From an uncultured Gemmatimonadales bacterium (GTDB lineage: Bacteria > Gemmatimonadota > Gemmatimonadetes > Longimicrobiales > RSA9): 64,000 bases of DNA. Each line of letters starts with the position of its first letter. Position 1 is the first letter of the stretch. The stretch lies in contig CAWCRS010000003.1 in assembly GCA_963798085.1 (NCBI GenBank), forward strand, positions 832,001-896,000, written 5' to 3'. The notes below the pieces were generated by a model. It saw only the letters and a list, made by a program, of their open reading frames with translations. It ran no database searches and had not been told where the DNA came from. A program made the position numbers and the translations under genes. Of the stretch, positions 53,466-64,000 are shown in pieces.

Positions 53466-55171
53466 TCAGTAGCCCACGGCCATGCCGTCCTTGCGCGGGT
53501 CCGAACCGGCGGCCCAACCCTTCGCCAGCCGCATGATCAGCTGGGCGCCGCCGAACGCGACCAATGTCTCGTCTGCGATTTCGTGTCCCATCGCGGCGAG
53601 GGCCCGACGGACGTCGTCGCCTATCGGCGTCTCCAGCGCCACGCGCCGGCCGCTCAGGTGTCGGAACCTCGCCGCGTCCGCGGCCTGCTGCAGGTCCATC
53701 CCGAACACGAGCAGGTCGAGCAGCACCTGGACGTGCCCCTGCGGCTGCATGGATCCACCCATCACGCCGAATGACAGCCACGGCTCTTCGCCGGTCGCAT
53801 CGCGCAGCACACCCTGCGGGTGCGTCGTCTTCGTGACGAACGCGGGAATGATCGTGTGGAACGGGCGCTTGCGCGGTCCTGCTGTGTTGGCCAGACCCTC
53901 CACGAGCGTGAAGCCCGATCCGCGATCCTGCATCACGAAGCCCGTTCCGGGCACGACGATGCCTGAGCCGAACTCGTCGTAGTTGCTGTTGATGAACGAA
54001 ATCATGTTCCCCTGCGCGTCCGCTGCGGTCAGGTAGATGGTCTCGCTCGTTGTCGTCGCCTCACCCGGGTCGACGTGCTCCGCTGCGTGCGTCTCGTTCA
54101 ACTCCGCTCTGCGCGCGCGAATGAAATCGTCCGACAGGAGCCGTTCGGGCGGTATCGTCATCTGCGCGGGATCGCCCACGTAATGCTCGATGTCCGCATA
54201 GGCGATCTTCTTCGCTTCAATCAGGTGGTGCAGGTACGCCGCCGAATTGTGGCCCATGGCCTTGAGGTCGTAGGGCTCGAGGATGCGCAGCATTTCCAGT
54301 GCGGCGATGCCCTGGCCGTTCGGCGGCAGCTCCCACACGCGGTAGCCTTTGAAGGGTACGGAGATCGGCTCGACCCAGTCGGCCTTGTGCGCCGCGAAAT
54401 CCTCGGGCGTCAGGAATCCGCCCAGCGATTGCACGTGCTCCGCGATGCGCTTGCCCAGCGCGCCGCCATACAGGAGGCCCGGACCCTGCGCCGCTACTCG
54501 CGGAACGTCTTCGCCAGATCCGGATTGCGGAACCACTCACCCGCGTGCGGCGCGCGTTCGCCGTTCCGATGAGGTAGGTCGCGCGTGCGCCCGGGTCGCG
54601 CTTCAGCAGGTCGGTCTGCGCCGCCCACTCGCTCGCGATGATGGGGGACACTGGAAAGCCCTCGTCGGCCAGTCGGATCGCGGGCGCCAGCGCATCGGCG
54701 ACGGAGATCGTGCCGAAGCGCTGCAGCAGGGACACCCAGCCCGAGAGCGCGCCCGGTACCGTGATCGACTCCGCGCTGCGACCCAGCATGTGCGTGCGCC
54801 CGCGCGCCACCAGCGTGGCCCGCGTCATCAGCGAGCCCGACGCGGCCGCTCGCGTTCAGGCCGTAGAGCGTGCCGTCCTTCGCCGACCAGATCATCGCGA
54901 AAGCGTCGCCGCCCATGCCCGTCATGTGTGGCTCGACCACGGCCAGCACCGCGGCGGCCGTCACCGCGGCATCCACCGCGTTGCCGCCATGCTGCAGCAC
55001 GGCCAGCGCCGCCGTGCTCGCCAGCGGCTGGCTGGTCGCCACCATGCCGTGCGGCGCATAGACGGTCGAGCGCCCCGCCATGCTCGTCGGCCTTTGCCCG
55101 GCCGCGGCGTTCACGCCCAGCGACACTGTCCCCAGCAGCGCCATGATCGATCCACCGATTCGCGGATTCAT
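53466..55171 (-). CDS. ggt: Gamma-glutamyltransferase, two or three indels
   Basis: [36 protein letters not shown] and SDPRKDG. Confidence 0.93.
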
Positions 55172-55227
55172 GATTGCAGCTCCTCGCCCCGGCCGTGGCC
55201 GCGCCGCTCCCTGATTACACCGTGTTA

Positions 55228-56127
55228 TCAGCGCTCCGCCAGCATGGCCTGCAGCGCCGCACCCAGCTCCGGCCAGTGGAAGACGAAGCCGGTCTCCAGC
55301 AGTCTTGCCGGTACCGCGCGTGCCCCGCTGAGCAGCAGCTCGTCACCCATGCCGTTGGGCGCCAGCCGCGCCGCCCACTCCGGTATGCGCAGCTGCGCAC
55401 TGCGTCCCACCGCCCGCGCCAGCGCGCTCGCAAACTCGGCGTTAGTCACGGCCCCGGGTGAGGCCATGTTCATGGGTCCGCTCAGCTCGCTGTGCTCCAT
55501 GATGTGCAGGATGGCGCGCACCATGTCGTCCAGGGCGATCCACGGCCAGGGCTGCTCGCCACTGCCGAAGGACGCGCCCAGACCCATGCGGAATACGGGA
55601 AGCATGGCTGCCAGCATGCCGCCTTCCGGCGTCAGCACAGGCGCGGTGCGCATGCGCACCACGCGAATGCCTGCCGGCTCCGCCCGCGTCGCCGCTTCTT
55701 CCCACCGCTCGCACACGTTCGCCATGAACCCGGCGCCCGGCTGCGCATCTTCGGTCACCGCCTCGGCCGCGGGACGCTTGCCGTAGTATCCCACGCCCGA
55801 GCTGGACAGCAGCATCGCTGGCTTCGCGCGCAGCGAGAGCAGCGCCTGCACGAGCACAAGCGTGCCGCGCACACGACTCTGCTCGATGCGCTGCTTCTTT
55901 CCCGATGTCCACAGCCCGGCAATGTTCTCGCCCGCCAGGTGCACGACGGCGTCGTGGCCCTCCAGCCGTTCCGTCTGGACGACGCCGCTGACCGGATCCC
56001 ACGCAGCAACGTCCGGCCCGCTCGCCGTACCGCGGACCAGCCGCGTGACTCCCCAGCCGCGTTGCGCGAACTCGCGCCGCAGCGCCGTGCCCAGCAATCC
56101 GCTGGATCCCGTGATCGCAATGCGCAT
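55228..56127 (-). CDS. TIGR01777-family NAD-dependent epimerase/oxidoreductase (YfcH-like)
   Basis: [23 protein letters not shown] and [10 protein letters not shown]. Confidence 0.93.
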   Translation of the reverse strand: MRIAITGSSGLLGTALRREFAQRGWGVTRLVRGTASGPDVAAWDPVSGVVQTERLEGHDAVVHLAGENIAGLWTSGKKQRIEQSRVRGTLVLVQALLSLRAKPAMLLSSSGVGYYGKRPAAEAVTEDAQPGAGFMANVCERWEEAATRAEPAGIRVVRMRTAPVLTPEGGMLAAMLPVFRMGLGASFGSGEQPWPWIALDDMVRAILHIMEHSELSGPMNMASPGAVTNAEFASALARAVGRSAQLRIPEWAARLAPNGMGDELLLSGARAVPARLLETGFVFHWPELGAALQAMLAER

Positions 56128-56218
56128 GTCCGCAAGATACGCCACCAGGCGGCCCGGCGCGCGACCCGCGACCCAACCCGGAATCAGGCCCGGCGGATCG
56201 GCTTCAATGGATGGAGGA

Positions 56219-56730
56219 TCAGTCTCGTGGACGGGATCGAGGTGGAATCCGGAAGGGAATCACGCGCAGTGTGCCGGGAGCGGCGGCCGCTTCGGCAGGC
56301 GGATCGCCCGCCGCACGATCGGCATCGAACACGCGCGCCACGCTGTTCCCTGCAACGTCCTCGAGGGCGACGTTCACACGGAGTGCGTACGATCCCGCGG
56401 ACCATGGCGTCGCCGGAACAAGACTCCAGCCGCTGTCGCCATGGGTCCACGCGCGCTTCGCCTTCGATCCGCTGACCATTGGCCGCGTACACCGCGGTCA
56501 TGCGCGCTGCCAGCGCGTGGTCCAGCAGCTCGCCGAACCCGATGCGCAGTGGCTGGCGCGTTTCCGCCTCTGGCATTGTCAGCGACCAGCGAGCGGGATC
56601 CGGCCGGCTGCGATCGGCCGCTGTGGCCCGGAACGACTGCTCCCACGAAGATGTCAGCATTGCGCCATTGCCATCGCGCCACGCGGCGTCGATAACAAGG
56701 TGGTAGCGCCGGCCGGCCACCAGCGTTGTC
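56219..56730 (-). pseudogene. C-terminal fragment of an Ig-like (Big_5/SbsA-type) hypothetical protein
   Basis: LVAGRRYHLVIDAAWRD...LLDHAL...LEDVAGNS; no N-terminus. Confidence 0.55.
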
Positions 56731-56734
56731 GCGG

Positions 56735-57284
56735 AATGTCTGCCCGCAGTCGTGTTCGTTACGGCCTGCGACAGGTTCGCCCTGCGCGCCTTCGAGGTGC
56801 ACGCCCTCGACTACCTGCTCAAGCCGTTCACTGCCGAGCGGTTCCAATGCGCTCTCGCGCACGTGCGCCACGAAATCGCGTTCGGCAGACCGGAAGCGGC
56901 GGAGCGCATTTCCGACTGCTCAATGAGCGCGCACTGTCGGATGGCGGTGAGAGCGCCGGCGAGCTGGCGCATCAGCTGACGGTTCGGGCAGGCGATCGCT
57001 TCGTGTTGCTGCGCGTCCAGGAAATCGACTGGGTTGAGGCAGCCGCGAACTACCTGTGCATCCACGCGCACGGCGAACGCTACCTCATGCGCGGCACCAT
57101 GACCGCCCTGGCCCTACGCCTCGATCCCCGCCAGTTCGCGCGCATCCACCGCTCGGCCATCGTCAACATGGACCGCGTCCGCGAAATCCGTCCCGGCTGG
57201 CACGGTGAACACGATGTCGTCCTGCACGACGGCCAGACGCTGCGCCTGAGCCGCAGCTACCGCGCCACCCTGTTGCGCCGCTGA
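56735..57284 (+). pseudogene. N-terminally truncated LytTR response regulator
   Basis: Begins at PAVVFVTACDRFALRAFEVHALDYLLKPF, then IDWVEAAANY and FARIHRSAIVN. The receiver N-terminus with the phospho-Asp is missing. Confidence 0.85.
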
Positions 57285-57466
57285 AGGGCACCGATCCCAG
57301 GTTCCTCGGCGGCCCCCAACTAACGCGGCATTATCGAGGTCCGTCTCGTTCCCCGGCCCCAGCCCGGAAACGGCGCTCAATCCGTTCGGCCAACGTTCCC
57401 CGGCAACCAGCCCGAGCAACCAGCCCCGGCAACGCAGGTCCAGACGCACGACCCGGCGCCCACCCC

Positions 57467-58570
57467 CTACCTCCGTGCCGACGCCCGATACTCCTCCAGC
57501 AGTCGCCGCATCATGTCGGCACGCTGCGCATAAAGGCGCTTCGGCGCTCGTGGCGCATGGCGAGTCAGCGCGAACGCCGTGAGCAGCGGCATGGCAATCG
57601 TCGAATCCGTATAACACACCACCGCGTCGGGCAGCCGGTCCGGATCGACTTTGCCCCAGCTCACTGCCTCCGCCGGCGTCGCCCCGGACAGACCGCCGGT
57701 GTCGGGTCTGGCGTCCGTGAACTGCAGAAAGAAATCGTGACCCTTCTCTTCGATACCCAGCACTTCCTGGATCTGCGGTTCCGTCTGCAGCATGAAGTTC
57801 TTGGGGCTGCCACCGCCGAAGATGAGCACCGCGCTGCGGCCGCCGCTGCGCTTCGCGTGCAGTACAATGGCGGCCGTCTCGTTGACATCGGCGCTCACGT
57901 CCAGAACCAGCTGATTTCCCTGCAGCGCGCCCGCGGCCACGTTCATGCCGATCGAGGAATCGCCCGGCAATGATGTGTAGACCGGCACATCGTACTCGTG
58001 GCACGTGGCCAGCAGCGACTTGCCTTTCTGCTTCAGCGCCTTCTGTCGTTCCGCTACGTAGCGACCGCAGAGATTGTGGAACTCGGCCGTCGACATGGGC
58101 CGCTGGAATTCGGGCGCGCGAATGACCTCGCGAAAGAACGCGTCCGTGTCGAGCAGCACGGAGTAGTCGAAGAAGATGTCATAGATGCGCACCACTTCTT
58201 CGGCCCGCAGCTCAATGTCCGACGCGAAGGGGTTGCCCTGCCGCATCTCCATGCCCAGTCCAAAATGCGTGTCGTGATAGAGATTGGCCCCCGTCGACAC
58301 GATCCAGTCAATGAAGCCCGCTTCGATCAGCGGAATCAGCGAACTCATGCCCAGTCCCGCCGGCGTGAGCGCTCCCGTGAGCGACACACCAATGGTGACG
58401 TCCGCCTCCAGCATGCGCTCCACGAACAGCCGGCAGCCTTCCCGCAGGCGGCCGGCGTTGTACGCCAGGAAGGTGCGCTCAATGACGTCGGCCGCGCTCA
58501 TGTCGGCCGCAATGGGTTGCGGCGCAATGGGCCGCCCCTGCAGGTGACGGCTTTGCTTTCTCTTGGCCAT
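57467..58570 (-). CDS. Deoxyhypusine synthase-like protein (homospermidine synthase type)
   Basis: [26 protein letters not shown] and [16 protein letters not shown]. Confidence 0.92.
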   Translation of the reverse strand: MAKRKQSRHLQGRPIAPQPIAADMSAADVIERTFLAYNAGRLREGCRLFVERMLEADVTIGVSLTGALTPAGLGMSSLIPLIEAGFIDWIVSTGANLYHDTHFGLGMEMRQGNPFASDIELRAEEVVRIYDIFFDYSVLLDTDAFFREVIRAPEFQRPMSTAEFHNLCGRYVAERQKALKQKGKSLLATCHEYDVPVYTSLPGDSSIGMNVAAGALQGNQLVLDVSADVNETAAIVLHAKRSGGRSAVLIFGGGSPKNFMLQTEPQIQEVLGIEEKGHDFFLQFTDARPDTGGLSGATPAEAVSWGKVDPDRLPDAVVCYTDSTIAMPLLTAFALTRHAPRAPKRLYAQRADMMRRLLEEYRASARR

Positions 58571-58626
58571 GGTCCGGTTCTGCCCCGTGGCGCGCGACAG
58601 GCCGCGCACGCCACAGCGCTCGGCAA

Positions 58627-59462
58627 TCAGTTCCGGGATCGGGGCGCGCGCTTCGCCTTCACCCGCGGAATCGCGCGTCGCAATTCCGCGTCGGTCGGCT
58701 CGAGCGACGGCTCCGTGCAGTTGCGCTGATAACACTCTGTTATGATACGCACCGCCTCTTCCGGCGAGTCCGTGACGCGGCAGAAGTCGAGATCCTCGAG
58801 TGTAATGTTGCCCGCCGGCGCCATCGTGTTCCGCAGCCAGTCGTAAAGGCCGCCCCAGTACCCGCTGCCGAAGAGGACCAGCGGGAAATTGCGGACCTTG
58901 CGTGTCTGCACCAGCGTGAGCGCCTCGAACAGCTCGTCCATGGTCCCGAAGCCGCCCGGGAAAGATGATGAAGCCTTCCGCATACTTCACGAACATCGTC
59001 TTGCGGACGAAGAAGTAGTGGAAATGCATGGGCAGCCGGACATAGGCGATTGGTGCCCTGCTCGAAGGGTAACTCGATGTTAAGACCTATGGACTCGCCG
59101 CCCGCTTCCGTGGCTCCCTTGTTGGCCGCCTCCATGATGCCCGGGCCGCCGCCCGTGATCACCGCGAAGCCGTTCTCCACCAGCAGCCTCGCCATCACCT
59201 CCGCGGCCGCGTATTCCGGCTGGTCGGGCTTGGTCCGTGCACTGCCGAAAATGCTGATGGCCGGCCCCAGTCTCGCCAGCGTGTCGAACCCCTCGACGAA
59301 CTCCCCCATGATGCGGAACACCCGCCACGAATCGTCGACGACGGCATCGTGGATGCGGCGCCGCTCCTCCACCCGGCTCAGCAGTCGCTCATCTTCGGTC
59401 TGCCGCGCTCGTGGCCGCACACGAGCATCGCCTGCGGGGCGCCTGCCCGACGTTTTGCTCAT
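58627..59462 (-). CDS. LOG-family / TIGR00730 Rossmann-fold protein, with indels
   Basis: [22 protein letters not shown] and PGGFGTMDE. Confidence 0.92.
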
Positions 59463-59593
59463 TCGTTCATCCCGATCCCGTATTCGACCGGCGCCCAACA
59501 TACCCGCGTGCCTGTGGATCAGCGAGCCTTGCGGGCGCCGGACGCTGCTCCGCGGCGTGGACGCAAGCGCCTGCGCTGCGTAACTTTGCTGCC

Positions 59594-60361
59594 ATGAAAT
59601 GTCCCAGTTGCCGAACCGAATCGGATGGCCGGTACTGCCCGTCGTGCGGCACGCCGCTGGCCGGATCGAACTGCCCTTCATGCAAGGCGAAGCTGGTGCC
59701 CGGCGCCCGCTTCTGCACGCAGTGCGGACAGCCCGTGACGCCGAGAGCCGAGGCGTCGCAGCTGCCCTGGATCGTCGCCGGCGCTGCCATCCTCGTAGCC
59801 ATTGTCGCCGTAATGCTCCCGACCATCCGGGGCACCACGGGCGCTGCCACCAACGGCGCGGCGCAAATGGCGGATGCGCCCTTCGCCGGCGGCGCGACCT
59901 CGGGCAGTGACGGGACGGGTCAGCCGCCGCCGCTGGACGGCACGCCGCGGGAGCTGGCCGACCGCTTGTTCAACCGGATCATGCAGGAGCGCTCACAGGG
60001 AAACGAGGAGCGCGCGAAGTTCTTCGTGCCCATGGCTACGCAGGCCTACCAGAATGCCATGCCCCTCGATGCGGATGGGCTCTATCATCTCAGCCTGATC
60101 CAGGCCGTGGGCGGGGATTTCGCCAGTGCGCGCAAGACCGCGCAGCAGATACTCGATGCGTCGCCCACGCATCTGCTCGCCCTCGGTGCATTGGCCGAGG
60201 CCTCGCTGTCCGCCGGCGACAGCGCCGCGGCGCGCGCCGCGTGGCGCAAATTCCTCGACAACCTGAGCAGCGAGAAGGCGAAACAGCTGCCCGAGTACAA
60301 CGATCACGCGCCTATTCTCACGGAGTACGAGCAGACCGCGCGCAAGCTGCTCGGGAAGTAG
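59594..60361 (+). CDS. Double zinc-ribbon membrane protein with a TPR-like C-terminus
   Basis: CPSC x3 and CTQCG, one TM helix, helical C-terminus. Confidence 0.85.
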   Translation: MKCPSCRTESDGRYCPSCGTPLAGSNCPSCKAKLVPGARFCTQCGQPVTPRAEASQLPWIVAGAAILVAIVAVMLPTIRGTTGAATNGAAQMADAPFAGGATSGSDGTGQPPPLDGTPRELADRLFNRIMQERSQGNEERAKFFVPMATQAYQNAMPLDADGLYHLSLIQAVGGDFASARKTAQQILDASPTHLLALGALAEASLSAGDSAAARAAWRKFLDNLSSEKAKQLPEYNDHAPILTEYEQTARKLLGK

Positions 60362-63166
60362 TCAGCGGATCGCTTCCGCCGCGCCCGACCGTCGCGGATC
60401 GGCGGCGGCGGTGACATGGCCGTTCTGGATCAGAATCGCCGAGCCGTAGCCCATCCGCAGTTCGCCGCGCAGTGAGATGCGCCGGAACCTGTGACCCATC
60501 TGCTCGAGCCGCTCCAGCACCGCCGGCGCGAAGCCATCCTCGATCTGAATCGGCGAATCCCGGCCGCCGGGCAGGAAGCGAGGCAGCTCCAGCGCCTCCT
60601 GCGGGCCCAGACCCAGGTCGAGCACGCCGACGACGGTCTCGTAGACAGCCGACGTGATCCATGCATTGCCGGCCGCGCCCACCGCCAGCAGCGGCCGTTT
60701 CTTCACTCCGATGCCGTCGAACACGATGCTGGGCGCAATCACGGTGCCCACCCTCGCCAGCGGCGCACTGCCGCCGAAACCACCGCGCCCCGCTCGCGGC
60801 ATGGTGAACTTGTCGTTGTACAGGAAGCCCAGACCCGGCGAGACGTAGAAGTTGCCGCCCCAGGTGCCCAGCGTTTGTGTGACCGAGACCACGTCGCCCT
60901 GCGCATCCACCACCGAGAACGCGGTTGTTCCCGTGGAGCGGCAGGCCCGGCCGTTCGCTGCTGTGTCACACATTTCAGGCGACGATGCATTGTCGGCCCC
61001 GCTTCCCGATGATGTTGAAGGGTGACAGCCGGCATCCGCCCGACCCGCCGGCACACCCGCACCCGCGTGTTGCGGGTCGAAACACTGCCACCTCGCCCTG
61101 GCCGTGTCCTTGCTCTCGAAGGGCGTCACGTCGACCGGGTACATGTCCGGGTCCGAGATGCGCCCCGCCGTGGACGGCTGCAGCTTCCACGCTTCGATCA
61201 TCGCGTGCAGCTCGGTTGCGTCATTCACGGGCGAGCGGCCGGGCTGCGCCAGCTCGAGCAGGTTCAGCTTGGCCACCAGGCTCACGCCACCCGTTACCGG
61301 CGGCGGTCCCGAGTAAACCGTGTGGCCGCGATACGTCGTGGAGACAGGCCGGCGCTCCGCCGCGTAGTACTTCTCCATGTCGCTCAGTGCGATTGGATTG
61401 CCGGCCGCGCTCAGGTCCGCGACCAGGCGCCGTGCGATGTCGCCGTGGTAGAAGCCATCCGCTCCCTCCTCCGCCACCGCGCGCAGTGTCCGCGCGAGAT
61501 CCGGATTGCGCAGCGTATCACCCGGCTGCAGCGGCCGGCCGCCGCGAAAGAACAGCGCGCGACTGCCTTCGTACTTCGCGAACGACTCCCACTCCCGCCG
61601 CAGCGTCGTCGCCAGCGATTCGTCGATCACCCAGCCGTGCTCGGCAATGCGAATGGCCGGCTCGAGCAGCCGCGCCCAGGGCACACGGCCGCTGCCGTAC
61701 TTCTTCCACGCCAGGCCCATCCCGGCGACCGTGCCGGGAACGTTGACCAGCCGCGGACCATCCGAGGGCAGATCCTTTAACGCGGGATTATCAGGCGTGG
61801 CTGCCTCCGGCACGCGCGTCATGAATTCGATCGACGTCGGATCCGCCATTCCCCTGAGGAAGATCACCGCCTCACCGTAGCCGCCCATGCCGCTGGCGTC
61901 CGGCTCGACTACGCCCAGCGCGAACGAAACCGCGACCGCGGCGTCCACCGCATTGCCGCCGGCCTGCAGGATCTCGATGCCGGCCGCCGTGGCCAGCGGG
62001 TGCGCACTGGCGACGGCGGCCCGCCCTTCGGCCACACGCTTCGCCGGTGGCCGCTCGTCGAGCAGCGCCTGTATCTCCGCATCCAGCGCAGCCTGGTCCG
62101 CTGCCGCCAGCGCGCGTCCGCGGTGGCGCCGCGCCGCGTCCCGCCAGCGCCTTAACTCGTCGTTAGAGGTACTGTCGGGCGCGGCGCCGTTCCAGTGGAA
62201 GTACAGCCGGGCCACGCGTTCCCACACGCGATCGAACGCCTCGGCGTTGACCGAGGCGCGCGGTTCACTGGTGTTGATCGCCAGCACCGTCCCGTCCTCG
62301 GGCGGAAGCGGTGCACGCACGCGCCGCAGCGCTCCCTCGCCGCCCGCCATTTCCGCCGCATCCCGGAGCGGCAGGCGATCGGGATCGCCGTTGTAACCCA
62401 CGTCCTGCGGCGGACCGTCTGCCACCAGCAGCCAGGCGCCATCGAGCGACCACGCGGGACTGCCTTCCTTCTCGCTCGCCTGTGCCGTGTACCGGCCGTC
62501 GTCCGGCATTACGAAGACACCCGGGTGCCGCCCGCGCGCGCCGTAGGCCAGCCGCTGACCATCCGGAGACCAGGCCAGCCGTGTGGGCTGGCCATCCGTC
62601 GCCAGCTCGCGATCCTCCGGCTTGCCCGCCGCGGCCGCAAGCGTGGCGCGCACCCGGACGCGACCCTGACCGTTGCGCTCCGCCACCCAGGCCAGCTGTC
62701 CCTTCACCGAGACTGCTGGCGACCGGTCCGGACCAGGTTCGTCCGTCAGCCTGCGCTCCGCTCCGGCCGGATCGCGAACCCAGAGATCCGCCGCAGCCTC
62801 GGCACCGCGCACGAAAACCACGGACCCGTCCGGCGAGGGAGCCGGCTCGGTTTCCTGGTCCGGTGAAGTGGTGAGGCGTTCGGCATCGCCTTCAGCACCA
62901 CGTGCCCCAATGCGAACACGCCAGATATCGAACTGCCCCGCTCGATCGGACGCGAAGAACAGCCAGTTGCCGTCCGCCGACCAGGCGGGGTCCCGGTCCC
63001 AGGCCTGACCCCCTGTTACCCGGATCGCGTTCCCGCCCGAACTGTCCATTACGAACAGGGCGCCCCGTGCCGCCACGGCAATGCGCCCGTCGGGCGCCAC
63101 CAATGGCGTCTGCGGCGCGCCCAGCACGGGGGTCTGCAGTGCGAGCGCTAACACCAGGTGCAGCAT
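60362..63166 (-). CDS. Gamma-glutamyltransferase fused to an N-terminal TolB/PD40 beta-propeller
   Basis: PAWSADG/WSPDG repeats, then [16 protein letters not shown] and DPRR. Confidence 0.88.
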   Translation of the reverse strand: MLHLVLALALQTPVLGAPQTPLVAPDGRIAVAARGALFVMDSSGGNAIRVTGGQAWDRDPAWSADGNWLFFASDRAGQFDIWRVRIGARGAEGDAERLTTSPDQETEPAPSPDGSVVFVRGAEAAADLWVRDPAGAERRLTDEPGPDRSPAVSVKGQLAWVAERNGQGRVRVRATLAAAAGKPEDRELATDGQPTRLAWSPDGQRLAYGARGRHPGVFVMPDDGRYTAQASEKEGSPAWSLDGAWLLVADGPPQDVGYNGDPDRLPLRDAAEMAGGEGALRRVRAPLPPEDGTVLAINTSEPRASVNAEAFDRVWERVARLYFHWNGAAPDSTSNDELRRWRDAARRHRGRALAAADQAALDAEIQALLDERPPAKRVAEGRAAVASAHPLATAAGIEILQAGGNAVDAAVAVSFALGVVEPDASGMGGYGEAVIFLRGMADPTSIEFMTRVPEAATPDNPALKDLPSDGPRLVNVPGTVAGMGLAWKKYGSGRVPWARLLEPAIRIAEHGWVIDESLATTLRREWESFAKYEGSRALFFRGGRPLQPGDTLRNPDLARTLRAVAEEGADGFYHGDIARRLVADLSAAGNPIALSDMEKYYAAERRPVSTTYRGHTVYSGPPPVTGGVSLVAKLNLLELAQPGRSPVNDATELHAMIEAWKLQPSTAGRISDPDMYPVDVTPFESKDTARARWQCFDPQHAGAGVPAGRADAGCHPSTSSGSGADNASSPEMCDTAANGRACRSTGTTAFSVVDAQGDVVSVTQTLGTWGGNFYVSPGLGFLYNDKFTMPRAGRGGFGGSAPLARVGTVIAPSIVFDGIGVKKRPLLAVGAAGNAWITSAVYETVVGVLDLGLGPQEALELPRFLPGGRDSPIQIEDGFAPAVLERLEQMGHRFRRISLRGELRMGYGSAILIQNGHVTAAADPRRSGAAEAIR

Positions 63167-63178
63167 CGACCGCCTCCC

Positions 63179-63931
63179 TCAGAGACCCGTTGGAATATCA
63201 ATGAATTCCCACTCGAGCCCGAATTTCTGCGCCACATGCTCCGCCAGTGCGCGCACACCCCACACCTCGGTCGCGTAGTGGCCGCCGTAATAGACGTTGA
63301 TGCCGGATTCCATCGCGTCGAAGTACGTGTAATGCGACCCTTCGCCGGTCACGAACGCATCGAGTCCCAGCGCCGCTGCCTGCCCGATCATGTCGGCGGC
63401 CGCTCCCGTGATCACGCCCACACGCTCGATCCGCGGCGGCCCGCCCGGAATCAGGCGCACGGCGCCACCCAGCAGATCGTCGAGTCGGGCGGCCAGCGCC
63501 TCGCGCAGCAGCGAGAGCCGGCCGTAACACCCGATCTCGACGCCGCGGTACGCGCCGAACGTGCCTTCGATCTGTACGCCCAGCGCGCGCGCCAGCAGGA
63601 CCGAGTTCCCCACTTCGCCGTGCAGATCGAGCGGAATGTGCGCGGCATAGAGGGCCATCCCCGATTCGATCAGGCGACGCAGCTTTCGATAGCGCCGGCC
63701 CGTGATGGGCGCGCTGCCATCCCAGAACAACCCGTGGTGGACCAGCAGCACGTCGCAGCCGTGTTCGACCGCCGCCGCCAGCGCCTGCTCGCTGGCATCG
63801 ACCGCCGCCGCCACTCGACGTACAGGCCGCCGGCCCTCGACCTGCAGCCCATTCACCGCACGCTCGCTGTCCGGAATGGTCGCGATCCGCAGATAGCCGT
63901 TCAGGTACTCGACCAGCTCGCTCAGCTCCAT
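63179..63931 (-). CDS. Nif3-like dinuclear metal center protein
   Basis: NGLQV, VHHGLFW, HIPLDLH, TGE and GHYATE. Confidence 0.95.
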   Translation of the reverse strand: MELSELVEYLNGYLRIATIPDSERAVNGLQVEGRRPVRRVAAAVDASEQALAAAVEHGCDVLLVHHGLFWDGSAPITGRRYRKLRRLIESGMALYAAHIPLDLHGEVGNSVLLARALGVQIEGTFGAYRGVEIGCYGRLSLLREALAARLDDLLGGAVRLIPGGPPRIERVGVITGAAADMIGQAAALGLDAFVTGEGSHYTYFDAMESGINVYYGGHYATEVWGVRALAEHVAQKFGLEWEFIDIPTGL

Positions 63932-64000
63932 CGGTTTCTCGCCTGTGGAAAACCGGCCCGATGCTTGTCAACAACCTGCTGTGGAGAAAGCTGCCCATGC

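Overview
High-GC bacterial chromosomal DNA. Gene content and style suggest Gemmatimonadota/Longimicrobiales-like, which is an inference from the sequence only. Many genes, including core ones (pdhA, lpdA, lipA, tdk), carry 1-nt indels that look like long-read assembly errors. Ordinary content includes a CDC48-like AAA ATPase (partial), proline dehydrogenase, TesA/YbbA/YbbP, transporters, peptidases, an ECF sigma + Ser/Thr kinase pair, the lipA-pdhABC-lpdA cluster, two gamma-glutamyltransferases, a deoxyhypusine-synthase-like gene, LOG and Nif3. Five things stand out. (1) A lower-GC segment (~29.8-34.9 kb) carries an unannotated ~23-aa hydrophobic peptide gene with a perfect SD. It is enclosed by a long-range inverted repeat and lies directly upstream of a membrane HD-GYP gene and a SARP/BTAD-AAA regulator, making it a candidate peptide-signalling module. 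(2) A Cyc2-like cytochrome-porin fusion is followed by a monoheme cytochrome c. (3) selD has an in-frame UGA (selenocysteine) that the ORF track misses. (4) A family of ~141-bp inverted-repeat-ended elements occurs at four loci, mostly as tandem pairs. (5) A 23/24-bp minisatellite, a duplicated translation-start region, a His-less kinase-like gene and two head-to-head truncated genes are also present.
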